Shown: piece after piece, positions 56,534 to 64,000 of the stretch
How positions within the stretch are numbered: the stretch's first letter is position 1
How the letters are laid out: each line of letters begins with the position of its first letter
Source: Longimicrobiales bacterium
Lineage (GTDB): Bacteria > Gemmatimonadota > Gemmatimonadetes > Longimicrobiales > Gaopeijiaceae
Reading direction: 5' to 3'
DNA: 64,000 bases
Assembly (NCBI GenBank): GCA_963664435.2
Contig: CAXXKM010000003.1
Location: 96,001-160,000 of the forward strand
The notes under the pieces: model-generated
Seen by the model: the letters and a program-made list of their open reading frames with translations, nothing else
The model's database searches: none
What the model was told of the DNA's origin: nothing
Made by a program: the position numbers and the translations under genes

Positions 56534-57312
56534 GAGAGGGCTCGGCGGATGGCGAGCACGTCTTCCACCAGCGGGGCAAGCGCCTCGAGTTCGAGCATGT
56601 TGGAGGAATCCGACGGAGCTGTCGCGGGAGCCGGATGCACCTCGAGGAAGAGCCCGTCGCAGCCGGCCGCGACGGCCGCCCGCACCAGGCACGCGATGAA
56701 TTCGGGGTTGCCGCCCGTGCCTCCGCCGGCCCGTCCCTGGCGCTGCACGGAGTGGGTGCCGTCGAAAACGACCGGCGCGCCGCAGGCGCTTCGCACCCGG
56801 GCGAAGGAGCGCATGTCCACGATCTGGTCTCCGTAGCCGAAGAAGGTGCCCCGCTCGGTCACGGCCACCTCCCCCGCTCCCGCGGCGCGCGCCTTGTGCA
56901 CGGCGTGCGCCATCTGCTCGGGAGACATCCACTGCCCCTTCTTGATGTTGATCGCCGAGCCGGTGCGCCCGGCGGCGGTCAGCAGGTCGGTCTGCCGGCA
57001 GAGGAAGGCCGGGATCTGAAGTACATCGGCGACTCCCGCGGTGGGCGCCGCCTGCGCCGGTTCGTGGATGTCGGTGAGCACCGCGAGGCCGCAGCCCGCC
57101 CTGACCCGCTCCAGCGCCCGCAGGCCCTCCTCCAGCCCCGGTCCCCGCGCCGATGCCAGCTTCGAGCGGTTGGCCTTGTCGAAGGAGGACTTGAAGAGCA
57201 CCGGAAGACGATGCCGGGCGGAGAGGGATGCCAGCTCCTCCCCCACCGTGAGATTCACGTCGTCGTCCTCCAGCACGCAGGGGCCCGCGATGAGGAAGAA
57301 GTTCTCAAACAC
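56530..57312 (-). CDS. kdsA: KDO-8-phosphate synthase
   Basis: IAGPCVLE, FDKANRS, QIPAFLCRQTD, NIKKGQ, DGTHSVQ, FLEVHP. Confidence 0.95.
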   Translation of the reverse strand: MFENFFLIAGPCVLEDDDVNLTVGEELASLSARHRLPVLFKSSFDKANRSKLASARGPGLEEGLRALERVRAGCGLAVLTDIHEPAQAAPTAGVADVLQIPAFLCRQTDLLTAAGRTGSAINIKKGQWMSPEQMAHAVHKARAAGAGEVAVTERGTFFGYGDQIVDMRSFARVRSACGAPVVFDGTHSVQRQGRAGGGTGGNPEFIACLVRAAVAAGCDGLFLEVHPAPATAPSDSSNMLELEALAPLVEDVLAIRRALS

Positions 57313-57324
57313 CGCTGGCGTCCT

Positions 57325-59787
<2,463 letters not shown>

Positions 59788-60011
59788 TCATGCTGAAGAG
59801 ACGGCCTCCCGGTTCACGCCGGTTCCATCCGGTCCGCCGGACGTCGTTCGTTCCACGTCCGGTCCCTCCGCCAACAGGATGCAAGATAGCGGGCGGGGCG
59901 GGATAACTCCAGAAGAGGGAAGCCGGCGGATTGATCTACTGATCCGCTTACTGACATCTAGTGGCGACTACTGACAACTTTCGGTGCGAATCCCGAACCG
60001 GGGAGCCATGA

Positions 60012-61232
60012 TCAGGGTTCGGGCGTTTCCAGGCGATAGGCCTGGAGCGAGGGCACATCGAAGTCGTCGTGGGAAACCACGTAGATCCTGTTGTCCCTCA
60101 CTGCCTGAAGAAGATGTTCCGCAGGGAGCAGGATGGATCCGGCGTGGGTCCCGTCGGGGGCAAAGGCGGCCCATTCCCACTCGCTGCTTCCGCCCGGGCC
60201 ACGGATCCCGATCCAGATGCGCTCCTCGTCGTCCGCTACCAGTCCGATGAGCGCCGGCCAGGTGTAGGGAGCGCCCGACCGGAGGACATCCGACAATGGC
60301 TCCCTCATTGCTTCGACTTCGCCCTGCAGCTCCGACGAGGTAACCGGGATCGGGGGTATCGGATAGGAGAAGGAGTGCACCGTGGTTCCTTCGAAGTCGA
60401 GAACCGTGACGGCGAGGGCCGCGGAGTTCGCATACACGATTCGGTCATCGCCGAGGATGCGGACGAGTGACTCCCGTCCAAACGGATGATAGCCGACGCT
60501 CAGGAACCCCTCTCGCCGCACCACCAGGCGCTCGCTGTCGGGCACGGTCGCGAGCGTGTCGGCGATCACCTCGGCGGATTCGTCGAACGCCAGGAGAACC
60601 TCCATCCGGCCCTGGTCGGCCACCTCCCCCTCCCCGGCGACGTAGGAAAGCCGGTCCACGGCGAAGTAGCGTCCCTGCCCGGGCAGCTTCCACAGATTGG
60701 CGACAATGCCTCGCTCCATATTCGGGGGAGGCATGGTTGTGATCAGCTCCAGGTTCTCCGGATCGAAGAGCGTGATCCGTCCCAGGCCGAAGTCGTAGAC
60801 CAGCAGGGTGTCCCCCGGAAGGATCTGCACCTGCCTGAACTCGAATTCACCGGGACCCGCTCCCTCTCGACCCACGGTCGTGACCAGTTCCAGCTCCGGG
60901 GTCAGAACGGTAATGCCGCCCTGCAGACGGTCGACCAGGAAGACGCGGCCCCGGGAATCCACGTCCACGTCAGCGATGGAGGCAAGGTAGAGGTCCGACG
61001 CGGACGCAGCTTCGGGGGTGACGTGCCACCACGATTCCGAGGTGGCCCATGGCCGCGGACCGGTCACGGCGACCCCATCACCCGTGGGTCCCCCATCAGG
61101 TGAATCGCCCGCGCATGCGGCCAGAGCAGTGGTGGCCAGGAGAACGATCACCAGCCGAAGAGTGAACGGACAGCCGCGAGCGTGAGGGACATCAGGCGCG
61201 GGGCCGCGGGCTCCGGTTGAAAGCATAGCCAT
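60012..61232 (-). CDS. 6-bladed beta-propeller lipoprotein
   Basis: GAGG before ATG 61232. Lipobox ALAAC, DVDSRGRVFLVD, GREGAGPGEF, propeller-like repeats. The ORF-track 1274-aa call merges this gene with an antisense shadow frame. Confidence 0.78.
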   Translation of the reverse strand: MAMLSTGARGPAPDVPHARGCPFTLRLVIVLLATTALAACAGDSPDGGPTGDGVAVTGPRPWATSESWWHVTPEAASASDLYLASIADVDVDSRGRVFLVDRLQGGITVLTPELELVTTVGREGAGPGEFEFRQVQILPGDTLLVYDFGLGRITLFDPENLELITTMPPPNMERGIVANLWKLPGQGRYFAVDRLSYVAGEGEVADQGRMEVLLAFDESAEVIADTLATVPDSERLVVRREGFLSVGYHPFGRESLVRILGDDRIVYANSAALAVTVLDFEGTTVHSFSYPIPPIPVTSSELQGEVEAMREPLSDVLRSGAPYTWPALIGLVADDEERIWIGIRGPGGSSEWEWAAFAPDGTHAGSILLPAEHLLQAVRDNRIYVVSHDDFDVPSLQAYRLETPEP

Positions 61233-61427
61233 GGTATCCTCGCTCGAAGGGCGTTCCGAGGTTCCCGCGCGCCACCATGCCTGACGCCACGCACCGGAGA
61301 AGTGTTTCCTCCTGTTATGTTGACCATTCAACAGTTGTTCCGCGTGTCGACCGGGCGGATTGCCCGAGTCAGTCCCCGGCCTACCTTTGTGGCGTCGCCT
61401 CAGCAGCCATTCCCGCGGAGTCTCCCC

Positions 61428-64000
61428 ATGGCCGTCATCCCTCCCGTCCGGGCATTCACCGGCGCGTTCATCCTGTCCCTTCTCGCAGCCGGCGTTCCGC
61501 ACGGCGGACTCGCTGCCCAGCTGACCGTTCCCGGCGAGCTCCCGGACGACTTCTTCGCCGATGCCGACTTCCGCCATGTGGGTCCGGTGGGCAACCGGGT
61601 CAGCGCCGTGGTGGGTGAACCCGGCAACCGCAACGTCTACTACCTCGGGGCCGCGTCGGGCGGCGTCTTCAGGAGCGGGGACGGCGGGCACACCTGGCGC
61701 CCCATCTTCGACGACCAGCCGGCGCAGTCGATCGGGGCGCTGGCGATCGCGCCCTCCGACGCCAACGTGGTGTGGGCGGGGACGGGCGAATCCTTCATCC
61801 GCTCGAACGTCTCCATCGGCAACGGCGTGTACCGCTCGACCGACGCGGGCCGCACATGGCGGCACATGGGGCTCGACGAGACGGGGAGGATCGGGCGCAT
61901 CGTGATCCATCCCGACGACCCGGAGCTCGTGTACGTCGCTGCGGCTGGCCACCTCTACGGCCCCCAGCAGGAACGCGGCCTCTTCCGCACCAGCGACGGC
62001 GGGGAGAGCTGGGAGCGGGTGCTCTTCTCCGGCGAGAACTCCGGGGCGATCGACGTGGTGATGGACCCCACCAACCCGCGCATCCTCTTCGCCGCCACCT
62101 GGCAGATGCAGATCTGGACCTGGGGACGCGAGAGCGGAGGTCCGGAAAGCGGGCTGTGGACGAGCCGCGACGGGGGCGACACCTGGACCCGGCTGGAGGG
62201 CGCCGGGCTGCCCCGCGGCACCATGGGGAGGATCGGGCTGGCGATGACCGCGGCCGACCCGGACCGCATCTATGCGTTGATCGAGACCAACTCGAACCGC
62301 GAGTACGAGGAGCTGGAGGACCACGAGGGCACGCTCTGGCGCTCCGACGACGGCGGGCGTTCCTGGACGATGGTGAACGCCGACCACGCGTTGGCGCAGC
62401 GTCCGCTCTACTACTCGCGCATGGCGGTGGCGCCCGACGATCCCGACGAGGTGCACTTCATGTCCACGGTGCATACGCGCTCGCTGGACGGGGGCGTGTC
62501 CTTCGAGGTCATCTCCGGAGGCGACAACCACGACATGTGGATCGACCCGCTCGATCCCGCCCGCATGATCATCGGCAACGACCAGGGCGTGCGCATCTCC
62601 ACCAACCGTGGGCGCAACTGGTACCGGCCGCTCCTGCCCATCGCGCAGATGTACCACGTGCACGTCGACACCGAGGTTCCGTACAACCTGTACGGCAACC
62701 GTCAGGACGGGCCCTCCATCGGCGGCCCTTCGAACACGCTGACCGGGGGCGCGATCCCGGTGGGCGCGTGGAGGTCGGTGGGCGGCTGCGAGACCGGGTT
62801 CGCCATCCCGGACACGGTGACCAACGACGTCGTCTGGTCGGGATGCTACGAAGGCATCCTCGAACGCCACCAGCTTTCCACCGGGATCACCCGCACGGTG
62901 AGCGTGTGGCCCGACAACCCGGAAGGCTGGGCGGCCGCCGACGTCCGCTATCGCTTCCAGTGGACCTTCCCCGTCCACATCTCGCCGCACGACAACAACG
63001 TGGTCTACGCCGGCAGCCAGCACGTGCACCGGACCACCGACGGCGGACACAGCTGGAGTGTCGTCAGCCCCGACCTCACCCGCGCCGACACCACCCGGAT
63101 GCAGAAGACCGGCGGGCTCACCACGGAGGACGTGAGCCCCACCTACGCCTCCGTGCTCTTCGCCCTCGCCGAATCCCCCATCGAGCCCGGCACCATATGG
63201 GCGGGCTCCAACGACGGCCTGGTGCACGTGACGCGCGACGGCGGGGAGAGCTGGACCGAGGTGGCCCGCAACATCTCCGGGCTCCCCGAGTGGGGCACGG
63301 TGAGCAACATCGAACCCTCCCGCTACAATCCGGCGGCGGCGTACATCACGGTCGACTTCCACCAACTGGGCGGCACCGATCCCTTCGTTTACAAGACGGA
63401 GGACTACGGCGCGTCCTGGCGCTCGCTCGCGGGCGACATCCCGCGCAGCGTGTTCAGCTACGCCCACGTCGTGCGCGAGGACCCCGTGCGTCCCGGCCTC
63501 CTCTACCTCGGAACCGAGAACTCGCTCTACGTCTCCTTCGACGACGGGGTGACCTGGACACCCCTGCAGGGCGACCTGCCTCATGCGCCGGTCCACTGGC
63601 TGGAGATCCAGCCCCGATTCAACGACCTGGTGGTGGGCACGTACGGACGCGGCTTCTGGATCCTGGACGACATCACCCCGCTGCAGCAGCTGAGCGCGGA
63701 GACGGTTGCGAACGGCGTGCATCTGTTCGCGCCGCGCCCCGCATGGCGTTTCCTTCCCCGGGAGGCCCGCAATGCGCAGCCCGACGACCCGGCCGCGGGC
63801 GAGAATCCGGACTACGGGGCCTCGATCAACTTCCACCTGGGGGAGGATCTGGCCGGACCCGTCACCATCGAGGTGGAGACCGTGGATGGAGCGCCGGTCC
63901 GCACCCTCTCCGGCAGTTTCGGCCCCGGGATGAACCGGGTGATGTGGGATCTGCGCTACACGGCCTCGGCGACGCCGCGGCTCCGCACCCCCGCGCTCGA
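61428..64000 (+). CDS. Secreted VPS10/BNR-repeat (sialidase-like) glycosyl hydrolase, 3'-truncated by window edge
   Basis: Manual translation: signal peptide, FRHVGPVGNRVSAV, many Asp-boxes (SGDGGHTW, STDAGRTW, TSDGGESW, SRDGGDTW), GMNRVMWDLRY near the edge. Absent from the ORF track, consistent with no stop inside the window. Confidence 0.88.
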   Translation, partial: MAVIPPVRAFTGAFILSLLAAGVPHGGLAAQLTVPGELPDDFFADADFRHVGPVGNRVSAVVGEPGNRNVYYLGAASGGVFRSGDGGHTWRPIFDDQPAQSIGALAIAPSDANVVWAGTGESFIRSNVSIGNGVYRSTDAGRTWRHMGLDETGRIGRIVIHPDDPELVYVAAAGHLYGPQQERGLFRTSDGGESWERVLFSGENSGAIDVVMDPTNPRILFAATWQMQIWTWGRESGGPESGLWTSRDGGDTWTRLEGAGLPRGTMGRIGLAMTAADPDRIYALIETNSNREYEELEDHEGTLWRSDDGGRSWTMVNADHALAQRPLYYSRMAVAPDDPDEVHFMSTVHTRSLDGGVSFEVISGGDNHDMWIDPLDPARMIIGNDQGVRISTNRGRNWYRPLLPIAQMYHVHVDTEVPYNLYGNRQDGPSIGGPSNTLTGGAIPVGAWRSVGGCETGFAIPDTVTNDVVWSGCYEGILERHQLSTGITRTVSVWPDNPEGWAAADVRYRFQWTFPVHISPHDNNVVYAGSQHVHRTTDGGHSWSVVSPDLTRADTTRMQKTGGLTTEDVSPTYASVLFALAESPIEPGTIWAGSNDGLVHVTRDGGESWTEVARNISGLPEWGTVSNIEPSRYNPAAAYITVDFHQLGGTDPFVYKTEDYGASWRSLAGDIPRSVFSYAHVVREDPVRPGLLYLGTENSLYVSFDDGVTWTPLQGDLPHAPVHWLEIQPRFNDLVVGTYGRGFWILDDITPLQQLSAETVANGVHLFAPRPAWRFLPREARNAQPDDPAAGENPDYGASINFHLGEDLAGPVTIEVETVDGAPVRTLSGSFGPGMNRVMWDLRYTASATPRLRTPAL

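Noticed and set aside
61233..63836. N-terminal ~870 aa of the 1274-aa minus-strand ORF
   Set aside because: It is the shadow of the + strand VPS10/BNR gene; the real lipoprotein starts at about 61232.

Overview
GC-rich bacterial chromosomal DNA made mostly of core genes. The gene content and order suggest a diderm of the Gemmatimonadota/FCB group; this is an inference, not a database result. The left 46 kb is mostly on the + strand. It holds a ~22 kb tightly coupled envelope/stress operon (lolC/E-lolD-mcsA-mcsB-clpC-bamA-skp-lpxD-lpxC/fabZ-lpxA-gnnA-like-microprotein-lpxB-lpxK-bshC-small TM protein-murJ-uvrC-gltX), then a TPR lipoprotein, tRNA-Gly, DUF512-der-plsY-gpsA-merR-surE-yqaA and tRNA-Arg. 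An accessory stretch follows (LVIVD protein, ggt, APC permease plus amidinotransferase, ppk2, GNAT-MFS-creatininase, M23 peptidase). A 28-bp XerC/D dif-like site lies at 46152-46179, where gene orientation and KOPS-like octamers flip, so the window probably spans the replication terminus. To its right is a - strand operon (kdsB-pyrG-kdsA-kdsC-kdsD-lptC-lptA-like-lptB-rpoN-wecB-GT4-PPM synthase), a beta-propeller lipoprotein and a partial VPS10/BNR hydrolase that the ORF track missed. I found no CRISPR array, IS element, integrase or phage gene, and cannot establish a wholly new multi-gene system. The best leads are: (1) an LptA-like protein packed with D-S/T-hydrophobic O-glycosylation-type sequons, co-operonic with a polyprenol-P-mannose synthase; (2) an LptB with a ~146-aa unknown N-terminal domain; (3) McsAB-ClpC translationally coupled into the outer-membrane operon; (4) a 22-bp triple repeat that creates mini-ORFs in front of lpxA; (5) a phased repeat array beside dif.
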